A stretch of 64,000 bases of DNA from positions 38,156-102,155 of the forward strand of contig NYZZ01000041.1 of NCBI GenBank assembly GCA_002687355.1, read 5' to 3'. Numbering within the stretch: the stretch's first letter is position 1; every line of letters begins with the position of its first letter. Below are positions 19,501 through 28,117 of the stretch, in pieces. The notes below the pieces were generated by a model that did no database searches, had not been told where the DNA came from, and saw only the letters and a list, made by a program, of their open reading frames with translations. The stretch comes from Methanobacteriota archaeon (lineage in GTDB: Archaea; Thermoplasmatota; Poseidoniia; MGIII; CG-Epi1). The position numbers were made by a program, and so were the translations under genes.

Positions 19501-20649
19501 ATGCATTAGGGAGACCGTAACGCCAGCTCCATTGCTCATCGATTCGCCGCTGTCCCACTCCAGTCGGGTCAGCAGCGAGGAGCCGCTAAGTTCTAGCACA
19601 TACAAGTCACCGTTTCCGACGGCGACCACTAACTCCGGGTTGTCGTTGCTGAAGCCGAGGTCAACTGCTTCTAGCCCGTACGCCGCCTTCAGATCGGTTC
19701 GCTGTACCTCTGGATGGCCGTCTAATAATTCCCCATCACGAAACACAGCTAACTTGTCAGCGCATCCAACGACTAGCTCGTCAATGCCACTGCCGTCTAG
19801 ATCGGCCGCCAGCAGGCCGTAGCAGTAACCGTCTAACGACTCGCCACCGAATTTGTAGCGCCATTGCCGGTCACCAGTTTGCCCATCGAAGACGCCGACC
19901 CAGCCCTGCTTGGTGCCAACCGCGATTTCTAGCGCGGGATCGCTGTCGAGCTGCCCCATCGTGATGCCCCAGACGTTCTCAATCTGCTGGTTATTGAAGT
20001 CCTCTTGCAGGTCTCGGTTCCACTCTGCTTCATCTGGGAAGACTTCTTTGTCCTCGTAAATCTCGGGAGTTACCGCGTCAACGACCCACAGACGCCCCAA
20101 ATCGGCCCCCACAGCCAGCTCAGGGCGACCATCACCATCCAGGTCGCCTGCTGCCAGCCCGAACGGTTCCATCTCCGCGTCGGTGGGGTTGTAGCCGTTG
20201 GACCAAGCGATACCACCAGATGTCCAGTTCTCCTCCGACCGCAGTAGTACTCCGTCCAGAATGCCAACCTTGCCACCAGCCGACCACCTGTAGCCGTATG
20301 CAATCTCTAATGGATCATCATCATCCAGCTGGTCGACGATTAGTCCCCTGACGCTGCTTCCTAGGTCGACCGAGTGCAGCTGACTGCTGTATTTGCTATG
20401 AGTTGCGTTCCAGTCGAGCACGTGCAGATATCCCTGTGCGTTGCCGGCCACTAGCTCGTCGTCACCATCACCATCAATGTCGGCTGCCACGATGGAGTCC
20501 AGTGCCCCCAGCGCGGTGCCCAGCCCGGCACTCCACTGCTCGCTCAGATAGCCGCGATTGGTGTCCGAACGTGCGTCATTCCCCGCCTCGGCGGGCGGAA
20601 ACGTCGGAAGCAGTGTTAGGACAAGCAGAATCGCCAGCAGGCGTCGCAT
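16501..20649 (-). CDS. giant integrin-like surface protein: signal peptide, ~14 FG-GAP repeats, Ig/PKD-like domains, one TM helix, cytoplasmic zinc-ribbon tail
   Basis: N-terminal signal peptide (MRRLLAILLVLTLLPTFPPAEAG). Recurring DxDGDG..ELxVG motifs, e.g. DIDGDGDDELVAG, DLDGDGRPELAVG, DLDGSGIDELVVG. A C-terminal hydrophobic helix LLGLVLLGTVLLAGGAMGIGWL, then CPSC...CPHC. Confidence 0.8.
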   Translation of the reverse strand: MRRLLAILLVLTLLPTFPPAEAGNDARSDTNRGYLSEQWSAGLGTALGALDSIVAADIDGDGDDELVAGNAQGYLHVLDWNATHSKYSSQLHSVDLGSSVRGLIVDQLDDDDPLEIAYGYRWSAGGKVGILDGVLLRSEENWTSGGIAWSNGYNPTDAEMEPFGLAAGDLDGDGRPELAVGADLGRLWVVDAVTPEIYEDKEVFPDEAEWNRDLQEDFNNQQIENVWGITMGQLDSDPALEIAVGTKQGWVGVFDGQTGDRQWRYKFGGESLDGYCYGLLAADLDGSGIDELVVGCADKLAVFRDGELLDGHPEVQRTDLKAAYGLEAVDLGFSNDNPELVVAVGNGDLYVLELSGSSLLTRLEWDSGESMSNGAGVTVSLMHTKPWVIHGGDDGVLKAWEIDGNNDPQLVWSTEPQQGEWSPVYSLRGGQTWGVAAGDIDDDPALEVLVGCGSGQVVAFDGETHVVDWVSPVMEKLPVGIVVADVDNDNDVEIVISTGAPDEGRVDGEGSEGYLYIFDRSGNSFTQSYQSDNIDSALGLSVTELDGSTYPEIGVATGYIEYVLSGSTVTPYPHGEVRVFGYDGSSYGEEWGSGDLEEVVVGLATGNADDDAQNELVAGTASGSVRVYHASGGSYELDGDIIDTDRSEAYGLALTDVDDDGGNEILVGTAKKGDEKARVIIYNGESRALEWSREVDYGSVWGIAGGDFDNDTHSEIAWGTNGGQLWVYDGETRDYEAHTSSLSGMTAHYGGLEIADLQNDGVPEIITGSNVYLWVMTSVGQTSTPDLVVVGDDIAISWSGVGGEEPAPAESDQPNEDNDLQVNVTFRNVGGAATSEWRLTIYDGEPRSSNEVREFTCRVSEPNQPDGCQALASGAELSLELGWGYLDLDPGYHEVYAEVIDLSSQETRKSNNADFTTLNVDGVPNDAPHAVATLDTATVWVNEKVRVDARGSWDNETTDGMADADDEVPNLQYRFYAGGWTSWRNDWDEDIEFTNPGEYLIRVQVRDSRNLPSEEVVLSLTVKANSQPIAMLNGNTTSVALGEYVTFDFSTSYDPDDRADLEYRLILGDGIYSDWLEDGGVTLLYRNPIFNPDGDLDSGDLVRKSVGSGDWVFKLVNGQFLEVDNSGLTGNGYNYTLPAGNNQITYQAKLIVRELSSGLGDDDLLTSAPSDPFYVTVTRATNQPPLAMARVTVFVQGNPITSDTGIEVQTGEAVTFSAAESSDPDGDNTALSFDWTVTDPMGREVNLLNDYDKSSFSKVFNTPGTYTAAVWVEDERGERTGSNEVQVTVKAAVTTTDDGDEGGLDLMKLLGLVLLGTVLLAGGAMGIGWLRGDGGEAEFDDTVDGPLELACPSCNSTLAVHTPQRPIQVGCPHCQSQFVLRE

Positions 20650-20709
20650 GCATTGCCCGCACCGTTCCGGATATTTGTAGTTTACCGCTCTATTTCCGTC
20701 GGTAATGGT

Positions 20710-20979
20710 TCACTCCTTGGACAATCTAGTTTGCAATGCGGTGCGCAATTCGATTTCGCCTAACCCGTCCGTATTGAGGCCCAGCCGCTCCGCCGCGGCG
20801 CGTAATTGCTCTTCCTCGCTGCGCTTTCCCACAGTGCCAAGCGGAAATGCGCGGTAACCCCGGAACTCCCGCCAAGCGACACCCAGTGAACGTGCGGCGT
20901 CAGCCATTCTCTGAGGGCCAAGCAGAACCCACGCCAGCAGGCCGATGACCAGCAGCTCTAACAGGCCGGGTCCGTTCAC
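20710..20979 (-). CDS. tatA: twin-arginine translocase TatA/TatE family protein
   Basis: An N-terminal TM helix followed by an amphipathic helix (LLELLVIGLLAWVLLGPQRMADAARSLGVAWREFR), matching the TatA pattern. Confidence 0.65.
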   Translation of the reverse strand: MNGPGLLELLVIGLLAWVLLGPQRMADAARSLGVAWREFRGYRAFPLGTVGKRSEEEQLRAAAERLGLNTDGLGEIELRTALQTRLSKE

Positions 20980-21317
20980 GAGGCGCCAAGCGCTTGCTCC
21001 AGAAAAGCGCGCCGTTCCGCCTGCGTTGTGGCGCTGATGCCAAAATACTCGTCGAATGCTTCCGTTACGGAGAGTGCGAAGCTGCGGCCGGCGCGCTCCC
21101 GTTCAAGCATCCCTAGCTCGAGTAGCTCGCCGACATGTTCGTAGACTCGGTCGCCCAGCCGACGTTTGAGCTCCGACTGCAGCATTGGTTGTTCATGCGC
21201 CACGAGCGCCAGCGTCCGGAGCAGGTGTCCCGGGATTTCCTGCGGCGCCAGTCGGCGACCATACGTAATCGTTTCACGTCGCAGCTGCAGTGCATACTTT
21301 CCGCCCAGTCGCACCAC
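20976..21317 (-). CDS. small winged-helix protein, possible single-domain ScpB-like SMC partner
   Basis: 113 aa with a G-R-S-F-A-L-S-V-T-E-A-F-D-E-Y-F-G segment resembling the ScpB wH 'GY.L.T.pef.ey' motif. Lies 150 bp downstream of scpA. Confidence 0.4.
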   Translation of the reverse strand: MVRLGGKYALQLRRETITYGRRLAPQEIPGHLLRTLALVAHEQPMLQSELKRRLGDRVYEHVGELLELGMLERERAGRSFALSVTEAFDEYFGISATTQAERRAFLEQALGAS

Positions 21318-21469
21318 TTCCAGTGCACTTTCACGGCCTTGGCAGGCGGCAATCAGCTCCTGCAGGGCCGCGTCCGCCGCCTTGAGAGAGAGTCCCGTAG
21401 CTTCAGCGACCTCCTGCGGCGTCAGCGGCCGGCCAGCAGAGAAGAGTGCAGCCTCAACTGCCTTGACAC

Positions 21470-21988
21470 TCAGCCTGCAGCCTCCCGATTTCGCACGTAA
21501 ATCGAGTGACTGCGCAAGTCCTTCTGCTGGATATCTATGCGGCCTTCCCGCGCCAGGAAAAGCGATCCAACGAAGGTGCGCACGAGGCTGGCGCGCTCGG
21601 GCACATCAACCAGGTCACCAAGCGGAATCGGTTTGCCATTCAGGGTGTTGATTTTCTGCCACACTTGCTCTTTGTAGAGCGTTGGATCGTCGTTATGGAT
21701 TTTATCTGCGAGGTGGCTAGCGCGGTCGTCCAGTACGGTTTGACGTGCCTCGCGCAGTTGCTTTCGTCGCTCTAGTCGCGCGCGGCGCGCCAGTTCCACC
21801 TGCCGTGCATCCTCGAGCGCGCCAACTAGCTCCATCAGCGTCACTCGCCGTTCACCGCGGAACCGCACCGTCTCCTCCAACGGCGGCTCGGCCGCCATAT
21901 CGAGTTGCTCAGCATAGGTAGGTTCCCATCCGAAGTCGAACGGAGCCCACTCCGCCTCTGGCTCTGGAAGCGGCTCGCTCGCCTCGAC
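21470..21988 (-). CDS. scpA: segregation and condensation protein A (kleisin) homologue
   Basis: The HELDPWQLDL segment matches ScpA motif wording and sits at residues 59-68 of the ORF-track protein 21470..22312, not at its N-terminus. The provided DNA has a TAA stop at plus 21989-21991 (minus-strand frame) that contradicts the track's continuous 280-aa ORF, so the 5' boundary is set at ATG 21988 as the longest stop-free reading. The 4-bp ATGA overlap with the smc stop refers to the track start 22312, not this boundary. Confidence 0.5.
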   Translation of the reverse strand, partial: VEASEPLPEPEAEWAPFDFGWEPTYAEQLDMAAEPPLEETVRFRGERRVTLMELVGALEDARQVELARRARLERRKQLREARQTVLDDRASHLADKIHNDDPTLYKEQVWQKINTLNGKPIPLGDLVDVPERASLVRTFVGSLFLAREGRIDIQQKDLRSHSIYVRNREAAG

Positions 21989-22308
21989 CGCGCCCGCCGA
22001 GCGCAGTCGTAGCACGTCCCAAGCCCATCCTAGGATAGCGCCTGCGAGTGGCAAGTCCAGCGCGCCTGCTCTGAGCGCGTGGTTCTGATATTCCTGCAGC
22101 ACTAGACCGAGGTCGAGCTGCCATGGGTCCAGCTCATGCTCGCGCACTAGCTGGAACAGCACTGCGATGCTCCTGGCAAGTGGATCCTCAATGGCCGTGA
22201 TTTCCGCCCCCGCCTCTGAAGCCTGCGCCAACTCCAGGTAGCCGTCAACCCGCTCCGTGTCGCCGCCAACGATGGCCTTGTGAAACAGCAGATGGTTCTC
22301 GACCAAGC

Positions 22309-25300
22309 TCACGCCGCTACATCCCCGACGGGCAGCGAAGCGATGAAGCTGTCAACGTCATGAATTTGATGCATGTGTGAGATTCCATCATCGGCCATGA
22401 AGACACCCAGCACGTGCGCCGCCTCGCGCAGTGCGGCATGGTGCAGGCTCACGACCAGGAACTGTGCAACCGTTGATTGCAATGCAATCGCGCGACCGAT
22501 GTGTTCGGTGTTAACTCCGTCTAGATTTTGATCAGGTTCATCGAGGAGGTAGAAGGGGCTCGGGTCGTAGCGTTGGATGGCGAAGATGAACGCCATGCTA
22601 ACGAGGGATTTTTCACCCCCAGAAAGTAATTCAATTGGGAAGAGCCGCTTGCGCGGCATGCGCGCCTTGATTGAAACGCCCCCCTCGAAAACTGAATCTG
22701 GCTTCTCCAGTTCCAGCCATGCCTTACCACCTCCAGCTAGCTCGGTAAAGGTGGCTTGGAAGTTCTCATCGATGTGTTTATAAACTTCAGTAAACCGCTC
22801 CAGTTTGCGCGCCGATATCTTGGCTTCGAGCGACTCGAGCCTTCGCACTTCCTTGCGCAACTGCTTGCGGTCTTCACGGATGCGTACCAGCCGCTCTTCC
22901 TCCTGCCTGTAGTGCTCGAGTGAGAGCATGTTAACGTTACCCAGCCGGGTGCGCTGCCCTTCGAGCGACTCCCGCTGCACTTCCAGTTGTTCCGCTCCAC
23001 CCACTTGCGAGGGTTGCTCTGCATTCTTAGGCAGCCGCTGCCGCGCTTCCACCAGCTTTGGCTCACGCACCTGGATTTCCAGTTGCAGTTCATCTATAGC
23101 TGTATGCCGACCACGGCCGAATTCTTCGCGTTGTGCCAGTGTAGTTCGTTGGTCGCCGAGCTGGTCGCGTAGGCCGTCACGTCGCTGTCGCAATCCCTCC
23201 AGCTCCTCGAATTTTTCATGTTCCTCTTGCTCTAGTGAGGTAACTTGCTGCGCCAGTTTGCGCGCTAGCTTACGTTCAGTGGCATGCTGCTGCTGGGTCT
23301 CGCGTTGGCCAGTGTTGTTTTGCTCCAGCGCGGCGGCAAGTCGCTGCACTTCCACTGTTGCTGGCACCTCTCCCGCCTCCAACCGCGCCACCTCAGCGCG
23401 TGTCTCAGCCAGTTCGTCACGTAGTGCGGTGAGCGTTTCTTGCAGCTGCGCCAGCGCCTTCGCCTCGGTACCACCGGTAAGCAGCAGTAGATGTTCGGCG
23501 GCTTGCGCAACGCTCTCGTGCTGTGCCACGATCTTGCCCTGCAGCTTTGCCAGTGCTTTCTCGCGCTGCGCCAGCTCGGTTTCCAGCGTCGCCACAGCAC
23601 CTTGGCGTGCCGCGAGTGCATCAGCTACCAGCTGCAGCTGTTCGGCGCTACGTGACACAGTTGAGTCGTAATCGGTGACGCGCGTCTGTATAGTCGCGCA
23701 CTCACTCTCCAGGGCAGCCTTTGCCTGTACTACCACTGTGAGCTCCTCGCGCAGTGTGCTGGCAGTCGCTCCTAGCTCTAGGTTGCGCGCCTGCGCTACC
23801 TTTACGCCTGTGGCCAGTTCATCGAGCGTAGCACGGTCACCGGTCGCAAAGTGTACCCGCGCCCGCGGTGACGATCCACCAGTCATTGCGCCGCCTGGCT
23901 CGAGCAGTTCACCCTCAAGTGTGACCATGCGTCCTTTGCCTAGGAGGGTGCGGGCTTCACGCAGTGAGCGCATGATGACTGTGTCACCAAAAACATTTCC
24001 AAAGGCGTCCGCGTAGCGGGAGTCAAACTGCACCAGTTCCTGCGCAAAGCCAATCGCGCCGGGTTGCTTGAGCAGCAGTAATGCGTTGGCGCGGGGGCGG
24101 TAGCGTCGTAGTTTGTTGAGTGGCAGGAATCGCACCCGCCCCAGCCGGCGTTGTTTCAGGAATTCGATGGCTGTCTCGGCCGCCGCGTCGTCCTCGACCA
24201 CTACCGACTGCATGCGACCGCCCGCTGCGACTTCTAGCGCCAGAGCGTGCTCTTCATCAACTCGCCCTAGCTCGGCAATCGTGCCTACGATGCCAGGCAA
24301 GCCGCCCGCGTCGCGCGCCGCCAGTACTCCCTGCACTGCGCGCGCGTAGCCACCCAGTTCATCTTGCGTGCGCTGCGCAGCCTGTTCAGCAGCCAGTGCA
24401 ACGCTCGCTTCGTGTAGCTCGCGTTCCGCCCCCTCGAGCGCTTCACTAATCTGTGCCAGTTCCCCGTTTAGCTTGTCGTACTTGCGCGTTACCTTGCGCA
24501 GGTTATCTGCTGCGGACTTGCGCCCTAATTGTAGATCTTGCAGATGAAAGTCGATGTCATCAACGTCAGCCTGCGCCGCCACGAGCAACTGTTCGTTACC
24601 CGTCGCCTGCTCACGCGCCTGCGTTAGCTGTAGTTCAAGTTGCTCACGCTCGCCTTCCAACCGGTGGCGCTGCATTTCCAGCGCGCCTGCAGCCTGCCGT
24701 AGCTCGTCCAGTGTAACGCGCTGGGCCTCGATTTCCTGCGATCCACTCGCAGCCGCTCCCTCCCGTTTCGCGAGCTCCGTCTCATTCTCTGCCGCTTGCT
24801 CCACGAGCGTTTCAGTCTCGCTACGAGCTGTATCGAGCGATTTGCGCAGCACCTTTAGTTCAGCAGCAGCAGCGTGATGCTCAGTACGAAGTGTCTTGCG
24901 CATTGTTTCCAGCTCCGTCAGCTGCTTTTGCGCTTGTTCTGAATTGCTTTGGGCCAGTGCCTGTGCGACGCGGGCCTCATCCAGTTGCTGCTGCAATTCG
25001 CGAGCACGGTCGCCGCCGGCGGCGGAGATATCCTCTTCTACATTTTTATATTCGTTTTCGAGAGTTCCAATAGTTGTTTGCCGCTCTTTCAGCTCCCTTT
25101 CCAGCTCTTCCAGCTCTTCTCGGTAGCGAATAACAACCTCGCGACGCGATTCTAGGGAAGCTTCTAGGTCAAGCACCTGCCGCCAGTGACGCAGCAGTTC
25201 GTTTTCTTGCAATTGCAGTAATATGGCTTCAAGCCGTTCGGCATCCCGCTTCTCGCGCTCGAGCTGCCGCAGCAGGCGCTGGACCTCCCGCATTCTCTCT

Positions 25301-25893
25301 TCCAGCAGAGCTAGATCTGCGCCCACATGTTCGCGAGCGGCACGGGTCTTTCGCAATCGCTGGTCGTAGGCAGTTATACCAGCAACATCCTCCAGTTTGC
25401 GCCGTCGCTCGGTTCCTGACATCAGCGAAGTCTGCGTGACGTCCCCTTGTTGGATAATGTTGTAGCCGGTAGCATAAAGTCCGGCACGCGAGAACAGTGC
25501 TTCAAACTCGCTTGCCGAAGAGGGCTCGTTGTTGAGTCGATAGTGGGTAACGGGCTTGCCGCCGCGTAGCTTGACGCTCTTGGTGAACTTGACAACGTCG
25601 CTCTCGATTGATAGATAGCGATCAGAGTTATCGAATAACATGCTCACTCGGCAATGCTTAGCTGCAGATTTGCGTCGCTTTCCTTCTTGGTAGCCGTAAA
25701 TCAACTGACTCAGCCGTCGTGCGCGCAGCAGTTTGGTCGAGCGCGAGCCGAGGATGAAGAGGATGGCATCGGTGATGTTGCTTTTGCCTGAGCCGTTAGG
25801 ACCAGTGATGCAAGTGAAACCGGCTCCGAGGGGAACGGTGACGTGGCCTTTGAAGGATTTAAAGTTCTCGAACTCAAGTTCGAGAAGTCGCAA
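22309..25893 (-). CDS. smc: chromosome segregation ATPase SMC
   Basis: 1194 aa. Walker A GPNGSGKSN; long coiled coils; hinge GIVGTIAELGRVDEEHALALEVAAGG; signature and Walker B LSGGEKSLVSMAFIFAIQ...LLDEPD. Confidence 0.9.
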   Translation of the reverse strand: MRLLELEFENFKSFKGHVTVPLGAGFTCITGPNGSGKSNITDAILFILGSRSTKLLRARRLSQLIYGYQEGKRRKSAAKHCRVSMLFDNSDRYLSIESDVVKFTKSVKLRGGKPVTHYRLNNEPSSASEFEALFSRAGLYATGYNIIQQGDVTQTSLMSGTERRRKLEDVAGITAYDQRLRKTRAAREHVGADLALLEERMREVQRLLRQLEREKRDAERLEAILLQLQENELLRHWRQVLDLEASLESRREVVIRYREELEELERELKERQTTIGTLENEYKNVEEDISAAGGDRARELQQQLDEARVAQALAQSNSEQAQKQLTELETMRKTLRTEHHAAAAELKVLRKSLDTARSETETLVEQAAENETELAKREGAAASGSQEIEAQRVTLDELRQAAGALEMQRHRLEGEREQLELQLTQAREQATGNEQLLVAAQADVDDIDFHLQDLQLGRKSAADNLRKVTRKYDKLNGELAQISEALEGAERELHEASVALAAEQAAQRTQDELGGYARAVQGVLAARDAGGLPGIVGTIAELGRVDEEHALALEVAAGGRMQSVVVEDDAAAETAIEFLKQRRLGRVRFLPLNKLRRYRPRANALLLLKQPGAIGFAQELVQFDSRYADAFGNVFGDTVIMRSLREARTLLGKGRMVTLEGELLEPGGAMTGGSSPRARVHFATGDRATLDELATGVKVAQARNLELGATASTLREELTVVVQAKAALESECATIQTRVTDYDSTVSRSAEQLQLVADALAARQGAVATLETELAQREKALAKLQGKIVAQHESVAQAAEHLLLLTGGTEAKALAQLQETLTALRDELAETRAEVARLEAGEVPATVEVQRLAAALEQNNTGQRETQQQHATERKLARKLAQQVTSLEQEEHEKFEELEGLRQRRDGLRDQLGDQRTTLAQREEFGRGRHTAIDELQLEIQVREPKLVEARQRLPKNAEQPSQVGGAEQLEVQRESLEGQRTRLGNVNMLSLEHYRQEEERLVRIREDRKQLRKEVRRLESLEAKISARKLERFTEVYKHIDENFQATFTELAGGGKAWLELEKPDSVFEGGVSIKARMPRKRLFPIELLSGGEKSLVSMAFIFAIQRYDPSPFYLLDEPDQNLDGVNTEHIGRAIALQSTVAQFLVVSLHHAALREAAHVLGVFMADDGISHMHQIHDVDSFIASLPVGDVAA

Positions 25894-26889
25894 TCAGAAG
25901 GCCTCCAAGTGCGCCTGCCTAGGTTCGGCCGGCAGCACATCAAGATTGCCCCTGACTCCAGCATAGTGCTGCTGTCGGTACATCTTCCAGAAGCCAGAAA
26001 TAAGTCGGCCACGATCGCCGCGGTCGCCTGCGACCAGTGCCGAGAGGTAGCTGCTGCGGTCCTCACGTTGCCAGAGTGGAGTCGGCAGTCCCGCACGGGC
26101 GTACATTCCCTCAAGCAGCAGTCGCGCCACGAGTCCGTTACCCGCTGTGAAAGGTCGCAGCTGTAGCAGGCGGTGGTGGAATAGCGCTGCTCGTTCGAAC
26201 GGGTGCAGCGGCGAAGGTTCGTGCCACCACTCGAGCAACGCTTCTAGTTCATCTTCAACTAGTACCGGAGGTGGGGGAACGAACGCTGAACCAGGTAGGC
26301 TGGCACTCTCCTGCCGCAGTAGGCCGCCGTCGCCTTGCCCTTCGCGCAGTTCCTGATGCATTTTTAGGATGGTGCGTCGGTCGAGCCGTGCAACACGTTC
26401 GCCCGCTTCGCGGTGCAGCCTCCGCAGAGCAAGAAGTTCCAGCACGCGTGTCAGCGGAACACCTGCAGGCGCGCGATCATGCAGCAGAATAGCCTCGGTT
26501 TGTTCACGTGCCAGTGGCTCGGAGGTGAGTAGTAGGTTGCCATGTACTGCCTGTAGCTCGAGACGCTGTGATTCACGCGCTAGAGCTGCAGGAGGCTGTA
26601 GCCGATTCATCGCACGACGCAGGAACTTGAGACGTTGCAGTCCCTTCAGCGCTTTCAAATCAAGGTACGGAGTGCGGAACATGTCGGCCGATGCCTTCAC
26701 CATGCGCTCCACTGCAGCCAGCTCCAATTCAGGTCCGTGGACTGCCTTGAGACGCTCCTGTTCATTGTCATCCGGCTCTTCAGGACCGATATAGTGCTGC
26801 ACTTTCTCGACACGTCCATTGAACTTGAACGATTTGACGAGGTACCAGTACTGTTGCCCGCGTGTGGTCTTGCATGTAAGGTAAACCAT
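25894..26889 (-). CDS. Fic/Doc-fold protein with degenerate active-site motif (LRPFTAGNGLVAR instead of HPFx[DE]GNGRxxR)
   Basis: ALFHHRLLQLRPFTAGNGLVARLLL aligns to the Fic core. The catalytic His, the acidic residue and the first Arg are all substituted. Its stop directly abuts the smc start. Start set at MVYLTCK (ATG 26889) to leave a divergent promoter with arsC; the ORF is open to 27048. Confidence 0.55.
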   Translation of the reverse strand: MVYLTCKTTRGQQYWYLVKSFKFNGRVEKVQHYIGPEEPDDNEQERLKAVHGPELELAAVERMVKASADMFRTPYLDLKALKGLQRLKFLRRAMNRLQPPAALARESQRLELQAVHGNLLLTSEPLAREQTEAILLHDRAPAGVPLTRVLELLALRRLHREAGERVARLDRRTILKMHQELREGQGDGGLLRQESASLPGSAFVPPPPVLVEDELEALLEWWHEPSPLHPFERAALFHHRLLQLRPFTAGNGLVARLLLEGMYARAGLPTPLWQREDRSSYLSALVAGDRGDRGRLISGFWKMYRQQHYAGVRGNLDVLPAEPRQAHLEAF

Positions 26890-27053
26890 AAGCTTGGGGT
26901 TATTGGTTCCACCTTTTAAAGTTTTTGGATTAAGGTTTCCAGTGAGAATATGGGCGTTGCACCACCTTTCCATAGGGAATAGAGCGTAGTGGGGGGAACT
27001 ATAGGCGTCGAACAGGAGATAGGTTTTTGGCACACTGCAGAGTTCCACCCACT

Positions 27054-27458
27054 ATGCACTTGCTCTTCGTCTGCACGGGAAACGCAGCTCGCTCGCAGAT
27101 GGCCGAAGGATGGGCGCGTCACTTGGCACCAGCAGCCCTCATTGAAAGCGGTGGCACCCATCCTGCCGGTCTCTCGAGTCGTGCCGTGGCAGTAATGGCT
27201 GAGGTCGGCATAGATATTTCTGCACAGAGCTCGAAGTCGCTCGAAGAAACGGCATGGCGCAATGCAGATATTGTAATCACGCTCTGCGGCTCTGCCCGTG
27301 AGAATTGTGTGGCGCTGCTTTGGTCATCTCATACACGGCGCAAGCACTGGCGCATAACCGATCCGGTCTCTGGCATGGCCAACGATAATCCACTGATACC
27401 TTTTCGTATGGCGCGCGACGACATTCATGCGAGACTGGAAGAATTTCTCAAAGCCTAG
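27054..27458 (+). CDS. arsC: arsenate reductase / LMW protein-tyrosine-phosphatase family (thioredoxin-coupled ArsC type)
   Basis: P-loop LLFVCTGNAARSQMAEGW (the C-X5-R phosphate-binding loop) and downstream TLCGSARENC cysteines, as in pI258-type ArsC. Start set at MHLLFV. Confidence 0.7.
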   Translation: MHLLFVCTGNAARSQMAEGWARHLAPAALIESGGTHPAGLSSRAVAVMAEVGIDISAQSSKSLEETAWRNADIVITLCGSARENCVALLWSSHTRRKHWRITDPVSGMANDNPLIPFRMARDDIHARLEEFLKA

Positions 27459-28117
27459 TGACTTGCTAACGGCAACAACGAGTTGGCTGCGCGTTCGGTT
27501 GCGTTAGCTACATCATCTAGCCGTTGTGCGACACGATACATATGTGCCGCTGCAAGTGGTGCTTCGTCACCGTGTGAGAAGACATAGGCGGCTGTCGCCG
27601 CTTCCTTCTCGTCAGCCTTGTGCTCGAGGAGGTTAACGCTGGCAATCAGTTGGTGCAATTCTTCCTTCACCTTGGTGGCAAAGCCAGACTCCATCAGTTC
27701 CTGAAGCTTTTCGACCGCCTTTGCATACTCATTCACCGTTGTCTGCACTGCCTGTGCTTGCGTCATCAGCAACTTGCGTGCTTTCGTATCTTCGAACAGC
27801 GGCCGGAAGGAGATTATTTCAGCGACATTCTCGGCATAGTCTGCGATACGGTCCTGTTGCGAGATCATGTCCAAGAAGATTTCCTTGGAGATTGCGAGTC
27901 TCACGCTGCCACGCATCACCTCACGCAGTTCATTCTTGAGATCATCAGCCTCCAACTCGGTCTTTGAGGTGGCCCCAATTGCCTCACTCGCATCACCATC
28001 TTCGCAGGCCACCGCGACGCAGCGCTCCATATGTTCGACTGTCTCGAGCGCCTTGGCAGCGTGACGGTAGTAAGTCTCGAAAACGCTGGGTCCGACGCGA
28101 CTCTCGAAAAACTTCAT
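27455..28117 (-). CDS. DUF47/TIGR00153 PhoU-like phosphate-transport accessory protein
   Basis: 220-aa all-helical protein immediately upstream of, and overlapping, a PiT transporter. This is the classic pit-associated partner. Confidence 0.65.
   Translation of the reverse strand: MKFFESRVGPSVFETYYRHAAKALETVEHMERCVAVACEDGDASEAIGATSKTELEADDLKNELREVMRGSVRLAISKEIFLDMISQQDRIADYAENVAEIISFRPLFEDTKARKLLMTQAQAVQTTVNEYAKAVEKLQELMESGFATKVKEELHQLIASVNLLEHKADEKEAATAAYVFSHGDEAPLAAAHMYRVAQRLDDVANATERAANSLLPLASH

Noticed and set aside
22928-23671. 247-aa Ser/Cys-rich plus-strand ORF antisense to smc
   Set aside because: Antisense to the coiled-coil region of SMC and low complexity; a GC-skew artefact.
20976-25893. 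The SMC locus as a Wadjet/Lamassu-like defence system
   Set aside because: The SMC hinge, Walker motifs and the ScpA HELDPWQLDL kleisin match housekeeping condensin. There is no JetB/JetD (Toprim) or Cap4-like nuclease gene, so a defence role is not supported.
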